Of a DNA stretch of 33,000 nt, positions 11,213 through 23,440 are shown in pieces. A program made the translations under genes and the position numbers. Position 1 is the first letter of the stretch; every line of letters begins with the position of its first letter. Under the pieces are notes generated by a model. It had not been told where the DNA came from, did no database searches, and worked only from the letters and a program-made list of their open reading frames with translations. The DNA is from Fimbriosthenelais zetlandica. Taxonomy: Eukaryota. The DNA lies in contig OZ365115.1 in assembly GCA_977030845.1 (NCBI GenBank), positions 3,286,001-3,319,000 of the forward strand, written 5' to 3'.

Positions 11213-12537
11213 GAGTAGAGCATTAAGATTATAAAGACTTGAGGATATAATATTAAAGGTAGAATGATGTCTTGAGGACTAATCAGTGATGTCATAGATG
11301 ATGGCTGGCTAATTAACCTCAATTAAGTCAGCCCTCACACCGCCCTTCTATTCCTAATTAAAACCTTACACTCCATGCATATTTTAATCACTGTCTTTCC
11401 AAGTAATTAGTATGAAAAAGTCAAACCCTCTCAAATAGGATTGATCGATCGTAAAGTAAGTCATTGGTGCGCATCTAAATCCATAATAATACTAGTTCTT
11501 ATATGTATTTCTAATGGTTTGAATAACAAACAGTTCTTAAATGATCCAATCTTGGTATCGGAGCTATTGTAAATTCCCATGGCATCACAGTGATGTTTTA
11601 ATTAAAAACTCTTACATTGTTTTCAATGGAAATTAGATGGTAGATTATACTTAGGAAATTCGGCTAAAGACCCAATAAACTTTAAGAAAATAGAAATCCA
11701 TTTTAAAAACATTTGACTGAAAAACATCTCCAAACCTTTTATAAGATCTTTATGATATCAGAAATAGCCTGCCAATATGGGATAGCATTGAGGGAGACAT
11801 CCATATTGCTATGCGCAAAAAAAACCTTTCGCCCAAACCGGGTTGTGGAGAGGGAGCGGACCCTGAATTAGCCCAGACTATAAGAGCTGTTCACAGTTGG
11901 TTCTGTCAAATTTTGGCAGCGGAGGAGAGTCGGCAAAAAGGCTCTATATAGAATGTCCAATCAACTGCGGCATCAGGGGCGGTACCCGAGTCTTCCAGCT
12001 TTCAAGACTAGTGTTGAAAGATAAAATTGGATTTGTCGGTGTTCGCCTTTCTTGCTTCAGTCGTGGCCTGTTAGTGCTTGTTATAACAGCGCGGTAAAGG
12101 CAATATTCTCCATGTATTTACATAGTATGACTTTCTGTTCTTATCTGATGCATTCTATATGTTGAGCTCTGAAATAGACCCACACAATGCTTTTGTCCTT
12201 TGTGGGCATCTTTCTATATATCTGCTGCATACAAATGTGCTGCCATTTGAAATCAGGCTGTTCTTCCTCGGAACCAGGTAGGATTTCTGATTTTGTTCAT
12301 ATTCTGAGAGCTATGTATTTGTCGATGTTCGAAAAATTCCCAGTCTCCCCAAGTATTCCCAGTATATCTACACAACTTCTTCCAATGATATGTAATCAGC
12401 GATTTGGGATGAAGCTCAGTGCGGGATTACGATGCAATGAAATCAGTTAAGAGGGGGTGGGAAAGGAAAAGAGAAGTTCTTAGAAACAGAAGGCCATTTA
12501 TATCAATCAGAACCAACCACTAGAGAGTGGTGCCCAA

Positions 12538-12800
12538 CCCCCCCCCCCCCCCCCCCCCCCCCCCGACCCCCACACCCTTCATCCCCACCCTTCACCTAGC
12601 ATCAGGCCCCACTATTCTGACTGTAGCAATGTTCCAGCCACTCCCAGAAACCTCCACTACAGGTGAGAAAAATCGGTCAGATCACCTCTCCCCCTCCTCC
12701 CTCTCCCCCCTCCCTCCCCCCTCCCCCGGGAATCCCCCATCCAGGTAACCCACTCACCTACCCCATCCCTCACCCCCAGCCTCTGAGGGGCTCAGCTGAG
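12538..12800 (+). repeat. Poly-C run and C-rich low-complexity tract
   Basis: About 27 consecutive C at 12538-12564, followed by ccctc-type repeats. Confidence 0.85.
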
Positions 12801-12863
12801 CTACTACCAAGCCAGACACGTGTCTGCGAGCAAAACAAGCTAGCGAGAGGCATGGCTGGTTCC

Positions 12864-13175
12864 AGAGAAAGAGATAGAGAGAGAGAGGAGGAGAGAGAGG
12901 GGGAGAGAAGAGAGAGAGACAGAGAGAGATAGAGAGAGAGAGTCTAACATAAGAGGGAGGGAGAGAGAGATTAGAAAGAGAGAAAGAAAGAGAGATGGAG
13001 AAGAAAGAGCGAGAGAGACAGGGAGAAGACAGAGAAAGAGAGAGAAGAAAGAAAGAGAAAAGAGAGAGGGAGACAGGCATGAGAAGGAAGGAAAATACAT
13101 GGGTATAGTTCCAGAAAGTTATAGAAAGAGAGAGAAAGAGAGCCAGGGACAAAGAGAGAGAGATAGAGAGAGTGA
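12864..13175 (+). repeat. (AG)n-rich polypurine tract
   Basis: Dominated by gaga/gaaa repeats; this explains the overlapping L/S-rich ORFs in the track. Confidence 0.95.
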
Positions 13176-14413
13176 ATGAATATAGTGGAAGATTGGAAGA
13201 TTCCATGGAAGATTGAAAGGAAATGGTAACGACGGAACAGTGGGGCATGGCACCATAAGTATAAGAGATGAGGACAAATGGAAGAAAGGAAAGAGAGTTG
13301 AGGGGTGGAACAAATCTAGATAGAGGTGGACAGAGATGGAGAGAGATTTCTGAAAAGGAGAGAAAGAGGAGAGGAGAAGGTTCCAAGCATTCAAGAGGAA
13401 GAGGCGAAGAGCGAAGCGAAGGAGTCAGTCCAAGAAAGAGAGCACGGGAATGGATAATGAAACATTCCTAAGACTCATTGCAAAGCAACGTAATTATGCA
13501 AGTCTGGCAGAGCAATTGCCTTCATTTTATGCATCATATGCAATAGTCTTATCATATCCTCTCTGTGCCAGCTACCAGTGCCACGTGCGCTACATACACC
13601 CTTCACAAACACACCCGTTACAACTTTGACAAAATACAAAATAGCCAGCAGAGCCCCATGAGTAGCAGAAGTAATAATAGTGCTGGAGAATGCTCCTGAC
13701 CTTTTGGCATTTAACGTGCAAGGTATATGTGTGGATGTAGCAAGAGAGTACCTGAATACTCAGTCCCTCCCTCCCTCCCTCCCCCTCAACCTCCACCCCC
13801 ACCTCTCTTTGCACCCCCGCCACACTCCTCCACCCTTCCACCCCTCGGTTCTACCTATACAAGGGGTATATTATGCAGAAATGTATTGCGCAGCAACATA
13901 TCCTATATACCCTATAGTGCATGGGGTTGTGGTAGAATCCGGATTAAAAGTATTAAAATGATACTGTCTTTTTTTAAACATTTCAAAATAAGAAAATACA
14001 TCGATGGATGAAAGAAAATCAATTTCAGAAAAGATAAAAGTGAGGCTAGGTCCCTGCATCAAAGCAATGCGGTGGTCAGCAGAGAAAGTATACAGAAAAA
14101 CTTTTCAGATGTTTTGATTAGCATGATGTAAACTTTTCAAATGTTTTAATTATTATCATATTTTCAATGGATATATCTATTTACGTTATATACTGGGAAC
14201 AGGAGCTGCGGATACCTGTTTAACACATGGCTAAACTTGTAGACTTTTTGGCGAAAAGAAGACAGAAAGTATGCCGAGGAGGAACGAAAAACCTTCACCT
14301 CTCATGGCACCACGAGAAGAAAGATGGGCGGAGAGCGGGAGAATAATGGGCGAGGGTGGCAGCGGCTCCCTCTCACACATTATATAGAGACAGGGAGATA
14401 TAGTAGACACTTA

Positions 14414-14481
14414 ACCTCACTATACCGACCACCTCACTATACCGACCACCTCACTATACCGACCACCTCACTATACCGACC
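14414..14481 (+). repeat. Perfect 17-bp minisatellite x4
   Basis: acctcactataccgacc repeated four times with no spacers. Confidence 0.98.
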
Positions 14482-14854
14482 ATCTCCCTATAGAGAAAGT
14501 ACGGAACTAACTCAAGGGGAGGGAAATCTGCTTAGTGGATTGGGCCGGTAACCTATAAGAATATGTCCGCCTCCCTATTCCACTTTAATTATTGCATAGA
14601 AGCCTCCAGGGGCTGAGGGAATTCAGAGATTTATGAGTGTTTGTCTTCATTCATTTTAAGTAGAAATCATAGAGCTATCAATTAGAGAGCACTTACTTAA
14701 TGACGACAGCCGGAATTCATGAATCAAAGATGGCGGGATTTACTAATTGATTCTCTTTTTATGTTAATATCTTGGCTCTTAGGACTGGTTAATATTCCAG
14801 GGGAAAGTTTCACATGGAGTTTATGCCCAATACGACATTCTCTATCTAGCATAC

Positions 14855-14999
14855 GTTCTGCGAATGTTTCGAGACCTCGCTGAGCCAGCAGAGAAAACGC
14901 AAACTATACTCGATGGAGTCCTCGCAGCATTTTCCCTGCGACTTTTTCTCAGTGAGACTTGGCAACGAGAGCTCCAGCAAGGGCAAAGTTAAATAGAAA
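14855..14999 (-). CDS. Internal coding exon D (T-FYLTLPLLELSLPSLTEKKSQGKCCEDSIEYSLRFLCWLSEVSKHSQN)
   Basis: Acceptor aaaactatacag|T (weak pyrimidine tract) and donor AAC|gtatgc. 145 nt = 1+144, phase-matched to exon C. Lies within track ORF 14846..15046. Confidence 0.8.
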
Positions 15000-16394
15000 C
15001 TGTATAGTTTTGAGAGCACCTTCAGTGCAAAAGGCAACATTACCATTATATTTTAAGTAAAATCCACAAATCAAGTCAAAAATCAATGTACAATCGGCTG
15101 AGTCGATCAAGGGTTTGAGTAACGTTTCATTTCTGGATTTCTGACATTGTATCCACCAAGTGCCGTATATCAAGTATGATTTGTACCGTCTCGGCTGTAT
15201 TTATGTGGCGACTAACATTTGTTAAATTGCAAGCTTTGTGCCTCCCATCGAGAATCCTAATATGAAATAGCTGAAGTAGTTTTTTTTCAAGAAACACCGT
15301 CTGGACTGAGATAAGATAGAATATAATATAGGGGATAGATTCTACGTGTCTTAGTGATTAATGGAATTTAGATCTATTTATCATCCAAGTATATCCTTAT
15401 CCTAGAGTGTCATTACTTATTTTGGATGATTGATATGAAAGTTAGAGTTTCTAATGACACAACTAATTTTGGAGAAAATGGGATAGGATGAGATTAAATA
15501 TGAATTTAAGAAATATCATCGGAAAGAAATATATTTTATATTTCTGATATTCTTCAGTCCTCATTTCTTGTTCAAAATAAACTTGCTACCTTTTTATATT
15601 TGTTTGTTTTGTCGTATTTTCAAACACCTACTTCATATTTCCAAAGGTTAACAAATTCAAAATCCAACTTCCAAAAACCTTATCGTTACATTTCCTGCAT
15701 TTAAAATCAAAAAAATAAAATATCAGTAAAAATTAAAAAGAACAGGTATAGTTTGGCCTTTGCAGGAGACAGTATGTGGGTGGGGGAACTTTTTAGAATT
15801 TATTCCAGCCATGTGTTCCAGGACCTGACATTTTACTAGTCATGAATGTAGAAATGATAATTGGTTGTTAAGCCTTAAAGATATTTGAAAACTGACTGTG
15901 AATTTGGTCAATGCATGCATTGAGAATGAGCCACCTGTCCAGACAAACTACTCCTTTTCTTTTTAGAAAAAAAATCTCAGATTGAAATAAAACAATATTC
16001 ATTCCTGGAAATAATATGGAGAAGAGAGCAATGTTATCAGAATGGTAAAATGTAAAGGGAGGGAATATTACAACATTCAGTTCATAATTATGATGTAAGA
16101 ATCACGCTATTTGCTCTGAAATGAATTGCTGCGCTGAAAAAAAAACATTCAATTTCAAACAAGACAATCAATTGAGAATATTTCATGTGACATAAAAGCA
16201 TTGTATTAATAAAACACAGTGCAATCACGCTTAGCTACCTCAAAATTCGAGGAAAAGTCTACGATTCGTCTACAATTCGTCTACGATCTTATTGAACTTC
16301 CATGAACTTTTGAAATGTTTGTTATAATTGGTTCGTATAAAGCAGATTGTAGAGAGATCGTAGGTCAGTGGGTTCATGGTATAACCGAGATAGA

Positions 16395-16545
16395 CAGGGG
16401 CAGATCCAGGATTTCTCAAAGGGGGGCCCGGGTTAGGGTTAATGTTAACCCTAAACCTAGGGTTAGCGTTTACCCCAGGGTTAGGTTTAACCCTAGGGTT
16501 AGGGTAAAGTTAACCCTCAAAATCCCCACCCTAAATCCGCGCCTG
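16395..16545. mobile_element. 151-bp MITE with 5-bp TSD (ATAGA) and telomere-like internal array
   Basis: TIRs caggggcagatccagg (16395-16410) and reverse complement caggcgcggatttagg (16530-16545) match at 12/16. ATAGA lies immediately on both sides (16390-16394, 16546-16550). Confidence 0.75.
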
Positions 16546-16634
16546 ATAGAGGAAGGAATTTGCTTCATTTTATAAATGAATTGATGAGTCCCCACTATAG
16601 TGTGTATAATCTATTTATAGATTGAGTGACTCAC

Positions 16635-16766
16635 GTTTGCGGTTCATCTTCCTGTAGTGACCGGAGCTCCTCGTCCAATATTTCCGTATCCACACTGTCA
16701 CCTTCCAAATCACGCAGGAACTTATCGTCCTTCAGCCAGTCACATCGGTTCCCATACTGCGTTAGC
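16635..16766 (-). CDS. Internal coding exon C (L-LTQYGNRCDWLKDDKFLRDLEGDSVDTEILDEELRSLQEDEPQ-T)
   Basis: Strong acceptor gtttttggtgttttgtcttccag|G and donor AC|gtgagt. 132 nt = 1+129+2, with protein-like acidic composition. Confidence 0.88.
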
Positions 16767-17369
16767 CTGGAAGACAAAACACCAAAAACACTTACATTCA
16801 TCAGCCTAATCAGTGATTTTCATGTAATATGTGGTTGTCATACAGTTATTCAGAAACTGCCGTAGGACTGGAAAAAAAATAATACGATATACACTCCGTT
16901 GTGCTTTTAAGAACACCTGAAAAGGAATGTTGTCAATTACTTTTGAACGAATTAAGAAAGTATTTTATGAATTATTTTGTCACAGGAACATAATCATGTC
17001 ATTCCAATATGATATTACATGACTTATAGAATGTTCCTACATGATCATGTTCGTAATGATATCCTCCGGAATAAAGACAGATTAACCAAAAACACAAGGA
17101 TAAACCATTTCAACAAAGACATATATCCCTGATTTGGAGACATATATGGGGGATTGGGGACTAACATTGTCTGGGAGGCTGTAATATTGCTGCTGTGAGC
17201 AGGCCCACTCTGTGGCCCTCCTCCCTGTGTATTTATACATGGACCAGGCTTACCGAAGCCACTGGAGCATGAGCCAGGCAGAATGAAAGGCAAACACTCC
17301 CACAGACAAGCCTCTTGTTTTGGGAATTCACGTTGTGATTGTGGAGATGGTCTCAAGTTGAAAGAAGTC

Positions 17370-17530
17370 TGGAAGAAGAAGGAAAAGAGAAGGGGAGATA
17401 GGAAAGAAGAGGTGGAGGGGGAAGGGAGGGGTTGGCGAGGAAAGGACGGGTGAAATGAAAAGGAACAGAAGGAAGAAGAAAGTGATATAAATAAAGAAGA
17501 AGCAAAGAAAAAGGACAGAAGTATAGACAG
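17370..17530 (+). repeat. Polypurine low-complexity tract
   Basis: Runs of gaag/gaaa/ggag. Confidence 0.8.
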
Positions 17531-20500
17531 ACCTTTCAAAGTTATTCTTTCAAAGTCTCAAGGTCATTCTTCCAATGTAAACATGGCAAGAGGAAATGAC
17601 CTTGGGGAGAATGAAGAAGTGTGAGGAGGAAAAACGAAGGGAAAAGAACATGTGCTTTGGAAGCAGAAAAAAAAACAATAAAAAGTATAGAAAATGATCA
17701 AAAGAAAGAGAAGTGGAGGGGCCGGCTGTCGGTGATATTGGAATCTATTCCTCGGACTCAGCAGATTTCCTTCACTCCAAGATGCATGCATCCTCTCCAT
17801 CCATCACCACGGAGTATATTTTTAGATTTAATAAAAAAAACACTTTTTTCTACCCTTCCTCAGCACATTAATGGGTCATATCCACAGTTGTGAGCCTCAG
17901 AGAAGTTATCTTTAACACCTTGGTTCCACTGAATTGATAGAGCAACAGGCAGAAATTTCGCTGGGACTTCTAAGGTGAGTTTCCACTGTGCGATCTAAGG
18001 CCTCAGTTTAGATCTGATTTTGATTGCGGGGAGTGGGGAACCCTGTTGCATAAAGTTAAGCATTGCTTAATCAATTATGAGGATAGGCAGGGACACGACT
18101 AAGCCGAAATTTAAAGCAAGAGAGATGAGAAACATCATTTAGAAGAAGTCCTTAGTGATGGACATCAACTTAAGTTCGCCAGACCATTTCTAGATCTCTA
18201 GATAAAAGTGGTAACTTGACATACTTTTCGTTTCTGTCTGAAGAAAACGAAAGCAATAAAATTAAACATAATATAACCTTACATCAATTAACAGGCCTGT
18301 ATCTTTAACTGAAGTCTTATATAATTATAGTAAGCAGTAATATTAAACATTTTTAATATCATCGCATCTGTCCCAAGCGAAAAATTAGTGAGTTGGCCTG
18401 CATGAGTGGGAACCAAACATAAGAAGTGATCCAAGGAAGTGGTAAGTTTTGGTGGATAAAGTATAAACATAGATCAAAGCCTCCCACTGATATACACTAT
18501 ATCACACATACTTAAATCACGCTAATCTCTGGTTTGAGGAAAAATAAAAGGAATTTAAATAAAAATGAAGTGTCAGCTAATATTAGAGTAGGAGTCATTC
18601 CCGTGGAATGAACGCGAAGGCAAAGGTAAGTTTTTCACATGATTTGCTTCCGGATAAATGAAAGATATATAGCTAGGTTAACTGATTAAGCTTGATTATA
18701 GGCGCTTGAAACTTCTAATTTACGAGAGAAACATATTAATACTAGAAAAGCTTGAATGTCTGCTGGGAAACAATGATTATGAAGATAAATAACAAAATAC
18801 ATTAAATTGACGAATGGGTGGATAATGTCATGAAGTTATTTCCTAAACATAGTTAATTAAAATATGTCTAAGTTTGTAAAACGTAAATAAGCCAAATCTA
18901 TTCAAATAAAACATAAATTTAATATTAGTTTTACCGAGTAAAAACACAAAGTACAGACACTGTGTGTATTTAACAGACTAGGCCTATGTAAAACAAATTT
19001 CTGTCAAAGAAATCTACCATCTAAGATAGAGGCGGATTCATTGGGGTGGAATGCACTAGAGATGTGAAGCCAATTTTTACCGGCGCTGTTGATAATCCCT
19101 CTAAGAGTAAGCTCTGCTGGATCATCTTAAATCCAGACTAGGATCAAGAAGACGATCCTCCCCTATAATCTCCTACAATATTAGTGATATATCACTCACA
19201 CACAACGTGAAGAGAATCCCAAGTGTCATTTGCTTGATAAACTCAACTAACAACTACCTCTCCCAGTGTTTGCTTCTGGAGATACAACTTGGCGTCAGAT
19301 CTTTTGGGTAGAGGCCAATCTGAGGCAGAAAACCTGGCAGCAGAGGAATCGATCCAGAGCTTCTGAATGTCAGGAAGTCCAAGAAGTAACATTGTTCTTG
19401 TGCGAGTGGCACTGAATAAAGTAATTGTTGTGTTTAAGTAAACGTAATTTTAAGTTAATGACAATACAATGGAGTTAAAACAAGCCATTGCTAAGCTTTG
19501 GATAATGAAAGTGGATCCATTGCAATCCATGAGGTAGGGTATGGGAAACACAAAAGTGGAAGAGGATCAACGCAACTTCCCATTGGTATTATCCAAGGAT
19601 CCAGCGGGAAACTCCGGGAAGGATCCACCTTCCCATATACATCCCCTATCCTGCTCATCCCCCTGCGCTAGTCCCACTCCCAATCTTATTCCAAGAACAA
19701 ATGCATCTCCAATAGTGTTTGAGTTTAAAAGTAGTTGCAGACATTGGCAGGGAGTTCCAAAAGATACTAGGAGTCCCGGAAAGGTGTGGGCTATATATAC
19801 ACAAGTACATGTGGCCATAAAAAAGAGAGATGGTGGTTCAGGGTGGGAGGGGGAGGATGGAGAAGGAAGAGAGAGATACAAAGTTTACAGGTATAGGCAG
19901 GGGGAAGTATGTGTGCTATGCCAAGTTCCCCCCGGTGGATCCTGGGGGAGGGAGGGGGTTGAGATGGGGAGGGATGGGGGAGGATGGTGGCTAGTAGATC
20001 TTATAGGATCCAGTTGGTGGGTAAAACTCTATGGGAAAGTTATAGTCGGTTCTTATTTGGTTCAATTATGTTTTACAATATCTATAACGACCAAAGTAAG
20101 AGGCGAATGTCCTATTCATGTCAGCCACGATGATTTCAAGTAATCTGGTGAGCGAAATTCATAAGGAGAATATGTTTTCGGTGGTGCATTATACTTTTGG
20201 CTATTTTTTCTAAATTCATTGGTTTAGGTATCAATGAGATATTACATTGTCATAGTGCAGTTGTTTAGTAGGTTTACGACAGATAGGTTATTGACCAAAA
20301 AGTCATATAATGGCTGACATTAGGCGCACGAAAAGGAAGGAGGTAAACTCTCTTTGAGGCATGCAGGATAGAAAACATTTAGGAAAAGCACAGTTTCTGA
20401 CACAGTTGCTACAGTGTAGGCCTTGTCAGATCTGGATACTGCTCAGGATACTGGATTCTATTCATATTTGCCTGCATTTTGCTACTGAGTGTCCAAAAAC

Positions 20501-20738
20501 TTGGCCGTGTATTGGACTAAGCCTGGCTTTCATAGTGGGCATGTAGGCTAGTGGTGCTATGCATGGAGAGTCAAGGCCGACTCCCGGGGAAGAAGGAAGC
20601 ATGTTTAGCAACATGCATCCACACCAACCCCAGACATAAAGGTAGAATGCTCCAGTGGGTAAAGGTACAGTCTGTGATGTACATATACCCTTAAAGGGGC
20701 ACTATCACTGATTGCACCTGACGAACACACAGTCTTAC

Positions 20739-20841
20739 AGGGCTCCTTCACTGGTTCGGAAGCCCCTTACAAGTCTTGCAATGTTTTCTTCTTGCGAACG
20801 TTTGCTAGCATTCTCTTGCAGCTCCTCCACCTCGATAGTGC
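20739..20841 (-). CDS. Internal coding exon B (G-TIEVEELQENASKRSQEENIARLVRGFRTSEGA-L)
   Basis: Acceptor ccatctttctcag|GC and donor CT|gtaaga. 103 nt = 2+99+2, stop-free. Phases match exons A and C. Confidence 0.8.
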
Positions 20842-21780
20842 CTGAGAAAGATGGTATCGGACAGCTATCGGATGGAGCCGGAAAGAGAATCGGATTAGTG
20901 TGTTGGTACATTTAAAGTGGCACTATCAGAAATCTGTGATGAGGGTCAATATGCAGCACGGCGCTATTTTTACAGGGTTCACTTTTATGTCAAAATATTC
21001 ACAATTGCCAGCGGCAGCAGGTTAATATATTGGTGGCTCATACTCTTTCACTTTTAAGGACATTTTTAGTTTTGAACACTAATCCTCCCAACGCATTAAA
21101 GGAACAAACTGAGACTAAAGCAATATGTTCATGAAAATAAATCCAGTCCTTCAACTGAGCAGACAGGAATGCAGGTGGTTTTCAAGCTTTAACAGCATTT
21201 TATGGCCCTGAAACACGCGGTGTTTGAATTTCCTGACTAACCGTAAATTGGACCATTCCTTTTATTTTCAATTGCAGTTTTTTCCTACAGACGACTCTGC
21301 CGCATTTGCCTGGTCACAACCATTGGGGAAATCATAGTGAAGATAAATTTATGAGATGTAAAACATGGTATTTGAACAGTTCACAAACTACATGAATTTG
21401 CTCCCTCATATTTTATTGAGAAAAGTAAATTCATTTATATTGAGTTGTAATTGTTATTTTTGCAATTGGCAATAAGACTAGGTTCATTCCGAGAGATATT
21501 GCGCCGTTTAAGATATTCATTATAGTCTTAAGGCAACTGCTTAGGACCTTCCAGAGAAATGTTCTCCAAAGGAACTAAATATAATATCAGGTTTTGCAGT
21601 CAAAATCCACTGACGACTAAAGTATTCAGTTCCATGATAATAGTCGTGTGCCACTAAGAACTCAGTGGATCTAGTTGTTGTCAGAGAGGGAAAGGTAAAG
21701 ATTGTTACCTTTATATTAACGGACTAAAATAGGCTGTTATGGCCCTGTGGTGGCGATTGGGCTTCAGCTGCTGTTGCGAG

Positions 21781-21871
21781 GGGCTGGGATAGGGGTAGGG
21801 GGTGGGGCGAGGGGTAGGGGATAGGGGGTGGGGCTGGGGTAGGGGAGAGGGGAGAGGGGGTGGGGCAGGGG
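21781..21871 (+). repeat. G-run array with G-quadruplex potential
   Basis: More than 12 GGG(G) runs separated by 1-3 nt (gggctgggataggggtagggggtgggg...). Confidence 0.85.
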
Positions 21872-22556
21872 TGTGTTTAGCACTGATGCTCATTGAGGGG
21901 TACCTACACATACTTGCCCCTGTCCCCCATGCCTCGCACGCACCCATTCACGTTCCCCTTGCTCACTTTTAACACTAGATGCCGCTCCTACCACTGAGCC
22001 ACTTCAGAAGGTGGTGGAGCAGCGCATCACATGGTGGAAACACCGAAAACTGCTTTGGTGTTTTCGCACCATAAGAGTATAGAAAGCTTTAGCGCTGAAT
22101 AGAACTTTTCAAAGTAATTTCTTCAAAAAAAGAAAGACTTACACTCCATAGGAGGCGGCTGGGGCAGGTCTAAGCAGCCTCATGATGTGAGATAATATAA
22201 TCACTGTGAGTAGACAACTCCCTAACCGTCTAGCGTCTACAATCCTCCGTCTCACATCTTGCTAGACATTCCTGTGTCGGTGACATTGTGTTCGATACTC
22301 TTAGATAAGATTTCAGCTTGTCGCCTTCGACCAGTTATAGATCGCGAGGTAAGTCGCTTGGATCCAGAGCCGGAGTGAACTTTCAGTGAGATATTAGCCT
22401 CAAATATCGACGCTTAATCCTGTTCTTTCTGATTCTTCCTTTAAGTGTCTTTAACAAATATCAATATGTTGGTTTAGAGTCTTCTTTATCAGGATGGTAT
22501 GTGTAGGGAATGCTAGGGTATCTTAATGCTAGCAATGGATCGTTGTCGTGGGTATA

Positions 22557-22775
22557 GGTAATGCATTAACAGTGGTAAGATGCATCGACTGTGTTGTAAT
22601 GCATTAAACGTGTAACAAATGCATCAGATTTGTAATGAATGCATCATATCTCTAAGACTGCATCAACTCCATGAGAATGTATCAACAGTTTAAATGTAAC
22701 AAGTGCATCAATGTTGTAATGAATGCACTTTTAAGATAAACCACTGCATCAAATTGTAGTAAATGCATCAACTGT
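22557..22775 (+). repeat. Degenerate minisatellite of about 20 bp with an (a)tgcat(c) core
   Basis: Recurrent aatgcatcaac...tgtaa units; about 10 tgcat/tgtat cores. Confidence 0.75.
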
Positions 22776-23179
22776 TCACCCATAACATTCCTATGGTAGT
22801 CCTACACATCCATATTTGACTGTGATGATGCTGTCTTACGAACAATGAACAGGTTGATTACCGTCGAGTAAGACTTCACAATTAAGTCACTCATTCACTC
22901 ACTCTGTCCTATTACCTGTTTTTCTCTTACAGGATTTCGCCGTGCGCTCGCGATGTCGATATTAGCAACAAAGAGAAGGCAACAATAGTAGATACGTTTA
23001 GTGATTGGACGAAGCTCTTCAATAGCACTGTTCCCAAGTCCCGAGTTCCGAGTTCCGAGTTCCGAATAAAGAATGGAGATATTTTTCAGATGTGGATTGC
23101 AGTCAGTAATGACTGCTGTGGTAATTTCCTTTAGAATGAAGCTTCTTAGCTTGGTTACATTTATTCTCGCTCCTTGCAG

Positions 23180-23440
23180 ATGGTTCCTTATCCTCCCCAG
23201 TATATAACACTAAGGGGAAGTTAATATATTTGATATAGTCTATCATATATCTTTATAATTATATCCTATGGGTCGTATACATGAAATTGCTCCTCACAAA
23301 ATTCATGATTATATTTATTCTGAAAGAGGAATTCCTTGTCCATGGTTCCTTGGCTTCCCCCGCACATAACATTTAGGGGAATTACTTTCTTTGATATATT
23401 CTCTCATATATCTTTTTCACTTTATCCTACGGGTCATATA
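23180..23440 (+). repeat. Diverged tandem duplication, 162-bp offset
   Basis: atggttcctt...taggggaa...ttgatata.tct.tcatatatcttt...atccta(t/c)gggtc starts at both 23180 and 23342. Confidence 0.85.

Noticed and set aside
12754-13386. 210-aa ORF and overlapping ORFs
   Set aside because: L/S/F- or R/E-rich translations of the (AG)n tract; no coding signal.
14414-14481. CRISPR-like direct repeats
   Set aside because: The repeats are contiguous with no spacers, there are no cas genes, and the context is eukaryotic.
17045-17330. Possible LINE C-terminal Cys/His region or 164-aa ORF
   Set aside because: Motif resemblance is too weak, and half of the ORF is a polypurine tract.
18236-18260. CTGAAGA...GAAA second hammerhead candidate
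   Set aside because: Only 4 nt lie between the boxes, so there is no stem II and no stem I pairing.
21975-22010. tRNA A-box-like gtggctcagtggtag on the minus strand
   Set aside because: No B-box or cloverleaf at the right spacing; at most a very decayed SINE fragment.
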